Shown here: positions 26,979-36,155 of the stretch, one piece after another
Layout: each line of letters opens with the position of its first letter
How positions within the stretch are numbered: the stretch's first letter is position 1
NCBI GenBank assembly: GCA_012960835.1
Contig: DUAL01000074.1
Coordinates: 1-40,113 of the forward strand
From: Flavobacteriales bacterium
GTDB taxonomy: Bacteria > Bacteroidota > Bacteroidia > Flavobacteriales > BACL11
Direction: 5' to 3'
Length of the DNA stretch: 40,113 bases
Notes under the pieces: model-generated
The model's input: the letters and a program-made list of their open reading frames with translations, nothing else
What the model was told of the DNA's origin: nothing
Database searches by the model: none
Position numbers and translations under genes: made by a program

Positions 26979-26999
26979 TATAAACAAAACACAGCACTT

Positions 27000-27416
27000 A
27001 TGTCATTAACGATTCATCATTATCTTCCTTTTTTATTGATTTTTATGCTTGCGCTCTCCATTGTAAAATCTTTTTTAGTTGGCTATGCGGGCAAAGATTT
27101 ATGTTTACAAAAATGTAAGATTTTATCTATTACCATGATTCTAGCTCATCTGCAATTGGTATTTGGAATAATTTTATTCTGCAAAAAATCATCTGATATT
27201 ATAGATTGGTCAGTTGTTATGAGTCATTCAGACAGTAGATATACTTTTGTGGAGCATCCTTTAATGATGCTTTTAGCAATTATACTTATATCAGTTGGAA
27301 GGGTGAAAGCAAAGAAAATAGAGGATAGTAAAAAGTCGGCAAAGACCATTTTCATTTATTTTTTTATTGCCCTTGTGCTGATTTTACTCCGAACCCCTTT
27401 CGATAAATTATTTTAA
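27000..27416 (+). CDS. integral membrane protein (about 4 TM), unknown function
   Basis: 138 aa from ATG 27000 (MSLTIHHYLPFLLIF...). No family recognised. Its stop abuts the hflX TTG start. Confidence 0.55.
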   Translation: MSLTIHHYLPFLLIFMLALSIVKSFLVGYAGKDLCLQKCKILSITMILAHLQLVFGIILFCKKSSDIIDWSVVMSHSDSRYTFVEHPLMMLLAIILISVGRVKAKKIEDSKKSAKTIFIYFFIALVLILLRTPFDKLF

Positions 27417-28586
27417 TTGGGAAAAGAAAAAGCAATTCTTATAGGAGTAATTACTCCTGAGCAAAACAAAAATCAGGCAGAAGAATATTTAGATGAATTG
27501 GCTTTTTTGGCCAAAACTGCTGGTGCAATTCCCGTAAAAAAGATAACCCAAAAACTTGCTGTTCCTAACAATACAACTTTTATTGGAAAAGGGAAAATTG
27601 AAGAAGTAAAAGAAATAGCAAAGGAAATGGAAGTAGAACTCATCATTTTTGATGATGATTTAAGCCCAGTGCAACTAAGAAACATTGAAAAGGTTTTAGA
27701 ATGCAAAATACTAGATAGAAGTAATTTGATATTAGATATTTTTGCCTCCCGTGCCAGAACAGCAAATGCAAAAACCCAAGTAGAACTTGCCCAATATCAA
27801 TATCTATTGCCCCGCCTAACACGAATGTGGACACACCTTGAAAGGCAAAAAGGGGGCATAGGAATGAGAGGGCCCGGTGAAACCCAGATTGAAACAGACA
27901 GACGGATTATAAACCAAAAAATATCCTTACTAAAAAAGCAGTTGGAAAAAATTGATAAGCAAAAAATTACCCAACGAAAAGGTAGAGGAAATATGATAAG
28001 GGTAGCAGTTGTTGGCTATACCAATGCCGGAAAATCAACCCTGATGAATCAACTGAGTAAGTCAGAAGTATTTGCAGAAAATAAATTGTTTGCCACCCTT
28101 GATACAACCATTCGGAAAGTAGTTATAGAGAATCTCCCATTTTTACTTGCTGATACCGTTGGTTTTATTCGCAAACTACCTCATCAACTTGTCGAATCCT
28201 TTAAATCGACCTTAGATGAGGTGCGCGAATCTGATTTGCTTTTACATGTAGTTGATATTTCAAACCCTAATTTTGAGAGTCAAATAGAGGTGGTAAACCA
28301 AACCCTTGCTGAGATTGGGGCAAGCGAAAAACCCATGGTTTTGGTGTTTAATAAAATGGATGCTTTTAGCTATATAGAAAAAGAGGAAGACGATTTGACC
28401 CCTAAAACAAGAGAGAATTTTTCCTTAGAAGATTTGCAGAAAACATGGATTTCAAAACTAGAAGAAAATACTATTTTTATTTCAGCACTTAATAAAACCA
28501 ATTTTCAGCAGCTTAGGAAATTATTGTATGAAAAGGTAAAAACACTTCATGCCAAAAGATATCCTTACAACAACTTTTTGTACTAA
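27417..28586 (+). CDS. hflX: GTPase HflX
   Basis: HflX N-domain followed by G1 GYTNAGKST, G3 DTVGF and G4 NKMD. TTG start. 389 aa. Confidence 0.9.
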   Translation: MGKEKAILIGVITPEQNKNQAEEYLDELAFLAKTAGAIPVKKITQKLAVPNNTTFIGKGKIEEVKEIAKEMEVELIIFDDDLSPVQLRNIEKVLECKILDRSNLILDIFASRARTANAKTQVELAQYQYLLPRLTRMWTHLERQKGGIGMRGPGETQIETDRRIINQKISLLKKQLEKIDKQKITQRKGRGNMIRVAVVGYTNAGKSTLMNQLSKSEVFAENKLFATLDTTIRKVVIENLPFLLADTVGFIRKLPHQLVESFKSTLDEVRESDLLLHVVDISNPNFESQIEVVNQTLAEIGASEKPMVLVFNKMDAFSYIEKEEDDLTPKTRENFSLEDLQKTWISKLEENTIFISALNKTNFQQLRKLLYEKVKTLHAKRYPYNNFLY

Positions 28587-30403
28587 GAAAAATCTTGTAA
28601 ATCGTATAGTTTTTTGTAGTGCTTATTGTTAGCCAAAAGCTCGTTATGCGTCCCAGCTTCCACTATTTTACCTTCATGTAAAACAATAATTTTATCGGCA
28701 TGCTGAATGGTGGAAAGTTGGTGGGCAATTACAATTGAAGTTCTTGACTGCATCAAATTATTGAGGGCATCTTGCACTAGTTTTTCTGACTCTGTATCCA
28801 ATGAGGAGGTGGCCTCATCCAAAATCAAAATAGGAGGGTTTTTTAGTATTGCCCTAGCAATACTCAATCTTTGTTTTTGTCCACCTGAGAGTTTTACGCC
28901 ACTATCCCCAATATTTGTATCATAGCCATTTTCCGATTGCAGAATAAAATCGTGTGCATTGGCAACTTTTGCTGCACTTTCCACTTCTTCTTTTGTAGCA
29001 GTTGCGTTCCCTAATAAAATATTATTAAAAATACTATCGTTAAACAAAATGGACTCTTGATTTACAATGCCCATCAATTTTCTTACATCTGCAATTTTTA
29101 GATTTTTTATATTCTCTCCATCAATTTTCACTTCTCCTATTTTCACATCATAAAAACGAGAAATAAGGTCGGCCAAAGTAGATTTTCCACTTCCAGATTG
29201 CCCAACCAAAGCAACAGTATCTCCTTTTTTTAAGCTTAAATTAATATCTTTTAGTACCTGAATATTTTCATAGCTAAAAGTAACCCCTTCAAATTTTATT
29301 TCTGATTTAAATGCTGAAATTGTTTTGGCATTTTTAGCATCTTTTATTTCATTTTCTGTATCTAATATTTCATGAATACGAGCTGCTGAAGCACTTCCTT
29401 TTTGAATAAAATAATAAGCAGAAGTGAAGGATTTTGCAGGAGGAATAAGTTGAGAAAAAATGGCAATATACCCTATAAATTCTTCTGGGGAAAGCGGACT
29501 GTTCCCACTTAAAACTAATTTACCGCCAAACCACATTACTACAATCATTACCACTGTGCTTAAAAACTCACTCATTGGGGAGGATAAATCTTTTTTTCGC
29601 AATAGCCGAGTCATGATATTTTTGTAATCTGCACTTTCTTTTTCAAATTTTTGCTGAATTATTTTTTCAGCATCAAACGCTTTAATAATTCTCAGACCTG
29701 ATAAATTCTCATCAATAATAGAGAGTAATTCCCCCATTTTATTTTGTCCTTTTGCTGATGATTTTTTTAAGCTTTTTCCAATAAGAGCAATTAAAAATCC
29801 GGTGATAGGAAAGAGAACAATAACAAAAAGAGTAAGTCCAGGACTAATAATGATTAGAGCAATCAAAAAGATAATAATATTTAAAGGGTCCTTAAAAAAC
29901 ATTTCTAAGGAACTCATTACCGACCATTCAATTTCCACCAAATCGGTAGTCATGCGCGCAGTAATATCGCCTTTTCTTTTCTCCGTAAAGAAGGAAATAG
30001 GCAAAGACAAAATCTTTTTATTCAAGTCATTTCTTAAATCGCACACTACACCATTTCGGATTGGAGAGAGAAAATAAAGTGCCAAATACCGGCACAAATT
30101 CCTGAAAAAGAACATCACCAAAATTAAAACACAAACAAAAACAAGCGCTTCTACTTTTCCTTTATCATCAATAATATTGGTGATAAGGGCATAAAAATTT
30201 TCTTTAATGGCAGAGGCAGAAAACCCTAAAGGTGCTGGATCATAAACCTTTTCTTGTGTACTAAAAAGCAGTCCTAAAAAGGGAATAATCATGGTAATGG
30301 ATACCAATGAAAACACAATATTAAGGATGTTAAAGAAGATATTAATCCCAGCATATCCCAAATAAGGTTTTACATATTTCAGTATTCTGAAAAAATCTTT
30401 CAT
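28583..30403 (-). CDS. ABC exporter, fused permease/ATPase (MsbA-like)
   Basis: Six N-terminal TM helices, Walker A GQSGSGKST, signature LSGGQKQRL, Walker B ILILDEATS. 606 aa. Confidence 0.9.
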   Translation of the reverse strand: MKDFFRILKYVKPYLGYAGINIFFNILNIVFSLVSITMIIPFLGLLFSTQEKVYDPAPLGFSASAIKENFYALITNIIDDKGKVEALVFVCVLILVMFFFRNLCRYLALYFLSPIRNGVVCDLRNDLNKKILSLPISFFTEKRKGDITARMTTDLVEIEWSVMSSLEMFFKDPLNIIIFLIALIIISPGLTLFVIVLFPITGFLIALIGKSLKKSSAKGQNKMGELLSIIDENLSGLRIIKAFDAEKIIQQKFEKESADYKNIMTRLLRKKDLSSPMSEFLSTVVMIVVMWFGGKLVLSGNSPLSPEEFIGYIAIFSQLIPPAKSFTSAYYFIQKGSASAARIHEILDTENEIKDAKNAKTISAFKSEIKFEGVTFSYENIQVLKDINLSLKKGDTVALVGQSGSGKSTLADLISRFYDVKIGEVKIDGENIKNLKIADVRKLMGIVNQESILFNDSIFNNILLGNATATKEEVESAAKVANAHDFILQSENGYDTNIGDSGVKLSGGQKQRLSIARAILKNPPILILDEATSSLDTESEKLVQDALNNLMQSRTSIVIAHQLSTIQHADKIIVLHEGKIVEAGTHNELLANNKHYKKLYDLQDFS

Positions 30404-30408
30404 AAGCG

Positions 30409-30416
30409 CAAAGATA
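30409..30416 (-). promoter_or_regulatory. putative -7 box TATCTTTG(C) 5 nt from the ABC exporter start
   Basis: Minus strand reads TATCTTTG-CGCTT-ATG(30403). Confidence 0.45.
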
Positions 30417-30441
30417 GAATAATAAGGAATAATGAAAGATG

Positions 30442-30449
30442 TATCTTTG
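30442..30449 (+). promoter_or_regulatory. putative -7 box TATCTTTG(C) 4 nt from the rbfA start
   Basis: TATCTTTG-CAAA-ATG(30454). Confidence 0.45.
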
Positions 30450-30453
30450 CAAA

Positions 30454-30792
30454 ATGGAAACTACACGACAAAAAAAGATTTCACGGCTTATTCAAAAAGA
30501 TTTAGCAATAATATTTCAGCAATATGCCCCAGCACTTTTCGGGAATATTCTCTTTACCGTAACAGGAGTAAGGGTATCACCAGATTTGTCGGTGGCAAAA
30601 GTTTATTTGAGTATTTTCCCTACCAATGATGGAGAAAAATTAATAGCCCAAGTAAAAGAGAAAAGTCCTTATTTCAGAAATCTGCTTGCCAAAAAGGTGC
30701 GACATCAACTCAGAATAATTCCTGAATTACACTTTTATTTGGACGATTCGGCCGATTATGCAGATGAAATTAATAGATTGTTAAAAGGATGA
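30454..30792 (+). CDS. rbfA: ribosome-binding factor A
   Basis: METTRQKKISRLIQKDLAIIF... is a typical RbfA N-terminus. 112 aa. The track start 30439 adds 5 aa and lies upstream of the -7 box. Confidence 0.88.
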   Translation: METTRQKKISRLIQKDLAIIFQQYAPALFGNILFTVTGVRVSPDLSVAKVYLSIFPTNDGEKLIAQVKEKSPYFRNLLAKKVRHQLRIIPELHFYLDDSADYADEINRLLKG

Positions 30793-32000
30793 ACTTTCCT
30801 TTTTTTATAGCCAAAAGATACCTTTTTAGTAGCAAAACAAAAACGGCCGTAAATATTATTTCCTTTGTTTCCATGATGGGAGTGATAATTGGTACTGCCG
30901 CTTTGGTACTTCTTCTTTCTGTATTTAATGGTTTTGAGGATTTGTTGCTTAGCATGTACAATAGTTTTGATCCTCACCTCAAAATCACCTCTAATGAAGG
31001 TAAAACTTTTAATGGGGAAAGTATAATTTCTGATTTGGAAAATAATGAGGATATTCTATATTTCACGGATGTATTGGAAGAAAAAGTGCTGATGAAAAAT
31101 GGAGAGCATGAATTTATCGCTTCCATAAAAGCAGTTGGGGAAGATTTTAGTAAAATGACAAACCTAGATAGCATTATTGTAGATGGAGAAAATTTTGGCA
31201 GCTATAAAAATAGTAGTGTAGCAATAATTGGACAAGGGGTTGCCTATCACCTATCAATGGGAGTAGGGAATATATTCAATCGGCTGAAAATATTTGTACC
31301 AAACAGAGAAAGTAAAACGCTACTTAATCCAAGTTCTGCTTTCGCATCTACTTCTGTTTTGCCTATAGGTATTTTTAGTTTAGGGGCAGAATACGATAAC
31401 AAATACATTATTACGCCCATTGCTTTTTTGCAAGATTTATTGCAGAAAAAGGAAGTTTCAGCTATTGAGGTACAGCTAAAAGAGGAGAGTAAAATGTTGG
31501 AAGTACAAAAATATTTACAAAGCACTTTGGGTAAAAATTATATGGTAAGCAACCGATTGCAACAGCATGCCGTTTTACATAAAATTTTGAATTCAGAAAA
31601 ACTGGGCGTATTCCTTATCCTAACTTTTATGCTGATTATTGCCACCTTCAATATTATTGGTTCGCTTAGTATGCTGATGATTGAAAAAAAGAATGATATC
31701 AAGACCTTTTGGAATTTGGGTGCCAGCCAAAAAAGTATTCAGAAAATATTTTTCACAGAAGGAATGCTAACGGTAATTATTGGTAGCTTTTTAGGAATTC
31801 TGCTTGGATTACTGCTTGCTACTTTACAAATGAAATATGGAATTATCGGTATGGGAGAAGGAAATTTTATTATTCATTCTTACCCTGTGGTAATACATTA
31901 TTTGGATTTACTTTGGGTAGAAATAACAGTAATTGTTATTGGGCTTTTTGCCTCTTGGTATCCTGCAAAAGTTTTGACTAATAGACTACTTAAAACTTAA
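30789..32000 (+). CDS. FtsX-family ABC permease, LolC/LolE-like
   Basis: 403 aa with an N-terminal TM helix, a large periplasmic (MacB-PCD-like) domain, and a C-terminal 3-TM FtsX domain. ATGA overlap with rbfA. Confidence 0.82.
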   Translation: MNFPFFIAKRYLFSSKTKTAVNIISFVSMMGVIIGTAALVLLLSVFNGFEDLLLSMYNSFDPHLKITSNEGKTFNGESIISDLENNEDILYFTDVLEEKVLMKNGEHEFIASIKAVGEDFSKMTNLDSIIVDGENFGSYKNSSVAIIGQGVAYHLSMGVGNIFNRLKIFVPNRESKTLLNPSSAFASTSVLPIGIFSLGAEYDNKYIITPIAFLQDLLQKKEVSAIEVQLKEESKMLEVQKYLQSTLGKNYMVSNRLQQHAVLHKILNSEKLGVFLILTFMLIIATFNIIGSLSMLMIEKKNDIKTFWNLGASQKSIQKIFFTEGMLTVIIGSFLGILLGLLLATLQMKYGIIGMGEGNFIIHSYPVVIHYLDLLWVEITVIVIGLFASWYPAKVLTNRLLKT

Positions 32001-32982
32001 CCCCCTCAAACTCCACTGCTACTTTGTCTAAAGTTTCCATAATCTCTTCCAAATTATAAGAGGTGACCAGTTTAATTCTATACGCTTTAAAGTGAGGAAT
32101 GCCTTTAAAATAATTGGTATAGTGGCGTTTCATTTCCGCAATTCCCAGCACTTCTCCTTTCCACTTAATAGAATGTTGCAAATGCCTTTTGCATGCACTT
32201 ACTCTATCTTGTAGAGTCGGTTTTTCTAAATGCGTATTAGTTTTAAGAAAATGCTTTATTTCATTAAAAACCCAAGGGTAGCCAATGGCAGCTCTTCCAA
32301 TCATCACGCCATCTACTCCATATTTATCTTTTACTTCTGCTACTTTTTCAGGAGAATCTACATCTCCATTTCCAAAAACAGGGATATGCATATTTTGGTT
32401 GTTTTTTACCTCTCCGATTAAAGTCCAATCTGCCACTCCTTTATACATTTGTTTTCTGGTTCTGCCATGAATAGAAATTGCTTTTATACCAACATCCTGC
32501 AATCGTTCCGCCACCTCAACTATATATAAAGAATTTTCATCCCAGCCTAAACGGGTTTTTACCGTTACTGGAATATTAGTAGCTTTTACTATTTCTTTGG
32601 TCATGGCCACCATTTTTGGGATGTCCTGCAATATGCCAGCCCCCGCTCCTTTATTTGCTACTTTTTTTACTGGGCAACCATAATTAATATCAATGAATTC
32701 GGGTTTTGCTGCCTCACAAATCTCAGCAGCTTTTCGCATAGAATTAATATTATTTCCAAATATTTGAATTCCTATTGGGCGCTCAAAATCGTATATATCC
32801 AACTTCTGGGTGCTTTTTATAGCATCCCTTATCAGCCCTTCTGAGGAGATAAATTCCGTATACATTATATCCGCACCATTCTCCTTACAAAGTGCACGAA
32901 ATGGCGGATCAGAAACATCTTCCATTGGTGCCAATAGTAGAGGAAAATCTCCTACATCAATATTTCCTATTTTTACAGCCAT
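31990..32982 (-). CDS. dusB: tRNA-dihydrouridine synthase
   Basis: LAPMEDVSDPPFR, catalytic-Cys motif NYGCPVKKV and the TIM-barrel FMN pattern. 330 aa. Confidence 0.9.
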   Translation of the reverse strand: MAVKIGNIDVGDFPLLLAPMEDVSDPPFRALCKENGADIMYTEFISSEGLIRDAIKSTQKLDIYDFERPIGIQIFGNNINSMRKAAEICEAAKPEFIDINYGCPVKKVANKGAGAGILQDIPKMVAMTKEIVKATNIPVTVKTRLGWDENSLYIVEVAERLQDVGIKAISIHGRTRKQMYKGVADWTLIGEVKNNQNMHIPVFGNGDVDSPEKVAEVKDKYGVDGVMIGRAAIGYPWVFNEIKHFLKTNTHLEKPTLQDRVSACKRHLQHSIKWKGEVLGIAEMKRHYTNYFKGIPHFKAYRIKLVTSYNLEEIMETLDKVAVEFEGVKF

Positions 32983-32991
32983 AATATTTTA

Positions 32992-32999
32992 CAAAAATA
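32992..32999 (-). promoter_or_regulatory. putative -7 box TATTTTTG 9 nt from the dusB start
   Basis: Minus strand reads TATTTTTG-TAAAATATT-ATG(32982). Confidence 0.4.
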
Positions 33000-33007
33000 G
33001 TGAATTT

Positions 33008-33934
33008 ATGAAGCTTAAAGGAATTTTTTATAAGAAGTCAGTAGCTATGCAATTTGCCCTGTTTTTTGCCATTACATTTCTATCAGTAGTTGTTTTTTCT
33101 ATTATCTCTTATGCTTTCCTACCCTTATTGTTTGATGTTGGCTTTTCTGATTTAAGTTTTTTTCTTTCAGATTATAGTAATTCCAAATCGGTAAATGCGC
33201 TCAAATTTTTGCAACTATTTACTTCTGTCGGGCTTTTTATTGTGCCGCCTTTTCTTTTTGTCTATTTTACTTCCTTCCAATTACAGCTTAAACAAAAGAT
33301 AAACAGGCAAAGTGTGTTGCTTGCTATTGCCATAATGCTGATTGCAAATCCATTTGTAGCTTATTTAATGCAATGGAATCAAACCCTGGTTCTTCCAGAT
33401 TTTTTGGAAGCAGTGCAAATGTGGATGGAAGCATCTGAGCAAAAATCAATGCAAATAACAGAAGCTTTTTTAGCCATGAACAGTATGGGAGATTTGCTTA
33501 TTAATCTATTCTTGATTGCTCTAATTCCAGCAATTGGGGAGGAACTTTTATTTAGAGGGGTATTGCAGCAACTATTTGCAAAATGGACAGGGAAAATTCA
33601 CCTTGCTATTTTTATTTCTGCCTTTTTATTTTCTGCCATTCATATGCAGTTTTTTGGTTTTCTGCCAAGGTTTGTTTTGGGGCTTGTTCTTGGCTATATG
33701 TTTTATTGGAGCAACAATTTATGGTTGCCGATTTTAGCTCATTTTACCAATAATGCTTTGGCAATCATTTTCACCTATCATTTTGTGGCTGACAAAGTGC
33801 AAATCGACTTTTTAAATGAAGAAATTTCGGTAAATATTAGTGGGGCGCTTATTAGTTTTTTGGCGGTTGCTTTGCTGATGTATTTATTATATAAAAAGTC
33901 GAGCATAAAAAAAGAGCTGAAAATTCAGCCCTAA
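33008..33934 (+). CDS. CPBP-family (CAAX-type) intramembrane metalloprotease
   Basis: Motifs EELLFRG, FSAIH and HFTNN, with multiple TM helices. The track ORF from 32810 is antisense to dusB; ATG 33008 (MKLKGIF...) is the first start outside dusB. Confidence 0.82.
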   Translation: MKLKGIFYKKSVAMQFALFFAITFLSVVVFSIISYAFLPLLFDVGFSDLSFFLSDYSNSKSVNALKFLQLFTSVGLFIVPPFLFVYFTSFQLQLKQKINRQSVLLAIAIMLIANPFVAYLMQWNQTLVLPDFLEAVQMWMEASEQKSMQITEAFLAMNSMGDLLINLFLIALIPAIGEELLFRGVLQQLFAKWTGKIHLAIFISAFLFSAIHMQFFGFLPRFVLGLVLGYMFYWSNNLWLPILAHFTNNALAIIFTYHFVADKVQIDFLNEEISVNISGALISFLAVALLMYLLYKKSSIKKELKIQP

Positions 33935-33976
33935 TTATTTTATTAAAAGTATAATATCTAAATTCTCCTATCTATA

Positions 33977-34444
33977 TTAGTATGCTCCTTTTCTAGTGGA
34001 GTAGTTTATTTTCAGGGCATTTGCTTTTCTGAGCTCTTGCTTTACATCAATAACAGTTCCCATTCTCACCTCTTCATCCGCCTTTATAGAAACCGTCATA
34101 TAAGGAATTTCCTTTTCGTCATGCGATTCCCTTTCGGTGGCGATAAATTCCTGGATATCGGCAGTTTCGGCAAATGCATCATTTAGTTGTATTCTTGGTT
34201 TTGTTCCGTAAGAAGATTGCAAGCGTTTTACAGGAGAGCCAATATAAATATAGCTCACCAAAGACTTCTTCTCCATTTTTCTTATTTCAGTTGCTTTTGG
34301 TGTAAGCACATCCACAAACAGAGTGGTTTCTCGCATTACGGTAGTTACCATGAAAAAGAACAATAACATAAAAACAATATCAGGCAAAGATGCTGTTGAA
34401 ATGCCGGGAGAACCGCCCTTTGATTTTCTTCTGAATCTACTCAT
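33977..34444 (-). CDS. exbD: ExbD/TolR-family biopolymer transport protein
   Basis: N-terminal single TM helix LPDIVFMLLFFFMVTT followed by a periplasmic domain. 155 aa. Confidence 0.85.
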   Translation of the reverse strand: MSRFRRKSKGGSPGISTASLPDIVFMLLFFFMVTTVMRETTLFVDVLTPKATEIRKMEKKSLVSYIYIGSPVKRLQSSYGTKPRIQLNDAFAETADIQEFIATERESHDEKEIPYMTVSIKADEEVRMGTVIDVKQELRKANALKINYSTRKGAY

Positions 34445-34988
34445 TGTCTCCTACATTTTTAGGTTCTGCTTCTGATATTTTTTGCGGATATTTTTTGCGG
34501 ATTGTTCTTTGCTGTGATTTTGGTAAATCATAATATCGAGAGCCAAATTCAGATAAAGCAGCTGAATTTCTTAGTTCGTTATAGGCAGCAGTCAATTCAT
34601 TTTGCACTTGAATATATGTTTTATAAGCTGTTCCCCTATCGTTTTGCAAAGAGATAATTGCCTTTTCAGGATTGTCTGACAATTCAGGATTTAAACCATT
34701 ATTATCAATAAAACCTTTTGCCCCATCTTTCAGCTCGGAAATATGCATTGGCGCACCTTCTACCAAAAGTTGATTATTGGAGTTTACAAGCACCACATAA
34801 ATGTTTCTAGCATGAATTTGAGAATCATCTTCTATTTGCTCTTCCTCTGGCATTGGAGGAAGTTTTCTGGCAATACCAGTATCCACATCCATGGTGGTAG
34901 TTACCAAAAAGAAAATCAGCAGCAAAAAGGCAATATCTGCCATTGAACCCGCATTAATCTCTTGAAGTTCTCTTCTGCTTCTGGCCAT
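34437..34988 (-). CDS. exbD: ExbD/TolR-family biopolymer transport protein
   Basis: MADIAFLLLIFFLVTT anchor followed by a periplasmic domain. 183 aa. 8-nt overlap with the downstream exbD. Confidence 0.85.
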   Translation of the reverse strand: MARSRRELQEINAGSMADIAFLLLIFFLVTTTMDVDTGIARKLPPMPEEEQIEDDSQIHARNIYVVLVNSNNQLLVEGAPMHISELKDGAKGFIDNNGLNPELSDNPEKAIISLQNDRGTAYKTYIQVQNELTAAYNELRNSAALSEFGSRYYDLPKSQQRTIRKKYPQKISEAEPKNVGDNE

Positions 34989-35314
34989 TATTTTTTAAAT
35001 ACTTTTCCGAACTCAGTGTAAATCACAGTTAAAACTGCACCAATGGCTAAAAAGTAAAAAGCATTTAACCCCATACCAACTCGTTTTGCTGCCCCAGAAT
35101 TGATGTGATATTTTTCATAGGAAGGCAAAACTTCTGAGGATGCGATAAGGTAAGAGATAATTAAAATAACAACTAATCCGCCAACTGTGTAAAGTGTTTT
35201 CTTAGCATTGTTAGGGTGCTTTACCATTTGCATTACAGAAAATGCTACCACCGCTAATGCAGCACCAAAAATCATAATGTAAGTGATAATTATACCAATA
35301 TTAATTAGATCCAT
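34988..35314 (-). CDS. 3-TM membrane protein of unknown function embedded in the ExbB/ExbD operon
   Basis: 108 aa with three hydrophobic helices. Starts 2 nt after the exbB stop, and its TAA overlaps the exbD ATG (TAATG). Confidence 0.6.
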   Translation of the reverse strand: MDLINIGIIITYIMIFGAALAVVAFSVMQMVKHPNNAKKTLYTVGGLVVILIISYLIASSEVLPSYEKYHINSGAAKRVGMGLNAFYFLAIGAVLTVIYTEFGKVFKK

Positions 35315-35316
35315 GC

Positions 35317-36111
35317 TTATTTATTTTTTACTAATAAATCAATTAAAGAGATAGAAGCATCTTCCATATCGTTTACAATGGAGTCAATTTTTGAAACAAT
35401 ATAGTTGTAGAATACTTGCAAAATAATTGCTACAATTAGTCCGAATACAGTAGTTAAAAGAGCTACTTTAATACCTCCTGCAACCAATGATGGAGAAATA
35501 TCACCGGCCGCTTCAATAGCATCAAAAGCACCAATCATACCGATTACTGTTCCCATAAAACCAAGCATAGGAGCTAAGGCAATAAATAGCGCAATCCAGG
35601 ATAATCCTTTTTCCAAAAGCCCCATTTGAACTGAGCCATAAGCAACAACCGACTTTTCCACCATGTCAATTCCTTCACCAGAACGATCAAGTCCTTGGTA
35701 AAAAATAGAAGCAACAGGTCCTTTTGTGTTTCTGCAAACTTCTTTTGCTGCATCCACTCCACCAGATTTAAGAGCGCCTTCAACATCATTTAGTAATTTG
35801 CCAGAATCGCTTGTAGCCATATTAAGGTAAATGATTCTCTCAATAGCTAAAGCTAATCCTAAGATTAAACAAAGCAAAACAATACCCATAAATGAAGGGC
35901 CACCTTGAATAAATTTTTCCTTGATAATTTGATGGAAAGATTGTTTTTCTGGTTTTGGAACGACAGGGGCTGCTTGTTCAGCTACTGCTTCTTCTACAAC
36001 TTCTGTTGTTTGTTCAGCAGTATTTGTGTCTGTTTCATCCTGAGCAAAAATAGTGTAAGATCCCATTAAAAATAATCCTACTAACGTGATTAAGGCAAAT
36101 TTCTTTTTCAT
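35317..36111 (-). CDS. exbB: MotA/TolQ/ExbB proton-channel protein with signal peptide and acidic N-terminal extension
   Basis: C-terminal MotA_ExbB core (APMLGFMGTVIGMIGAF). N-terminus has a signal peptide (..TIFA|QD) followed by a Glu/Thr/Ala-rich segment. Confidence 0.88.
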   Translation of the reverse strand: MKKKFALITLVGLFLMGSYTIFAQDETDTNTAEQTTEVVEEAVAEQAAPVVPKPEKQSFHQIIKEKFIQGGPSFMGIVLLCLILGLALAIERIIYLNMATSDSGKLLNDVEGALKSGGVDAAKEVCRNTKGPVASIFYQGLDRSGEGIDMVEKSVVAYGSVQMGLLEKGLSWIALFIALAPMLGFMGTVIGMIGAFDAIEAAGDISPSLVAGGIKVALLTTVFGLIVAIILQVFYNYIVSKIDSIVNDMEDASISLIDLLVKNK

Positions 36112-36139
36112 TTTATTTTAGTTTAATTTTTTAATTGCG

Positions 36140-36147
36140 CAAATTTA
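36140..36147 (-). promoter_or_regulatory. putative -7 box TAAATTTG for the exbB operon
   Basis: Plus strand CAAATTTA, 28 nt upstream of ATG 36111 and just after the sod stop. Confidence 0.4.
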
Positions 36148-36155
36148 TAAAAATA

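Noticed and set aside
30432-30629. 65-aa ORF overlapping rbfA in another frame
   Set aside because: rbfA has clear family similarity in its own frame. This ORF has no recognisable features, and its start lies upstream of the -7 box.
32810-33007. 66-aa N-terminal extension of the CPBP protease ORF
   Set aside because: It lies entirely antisense to the dusB 5' coding region. ATG 33008 is the first start outside dusB and is followed directly by the first TM helix.
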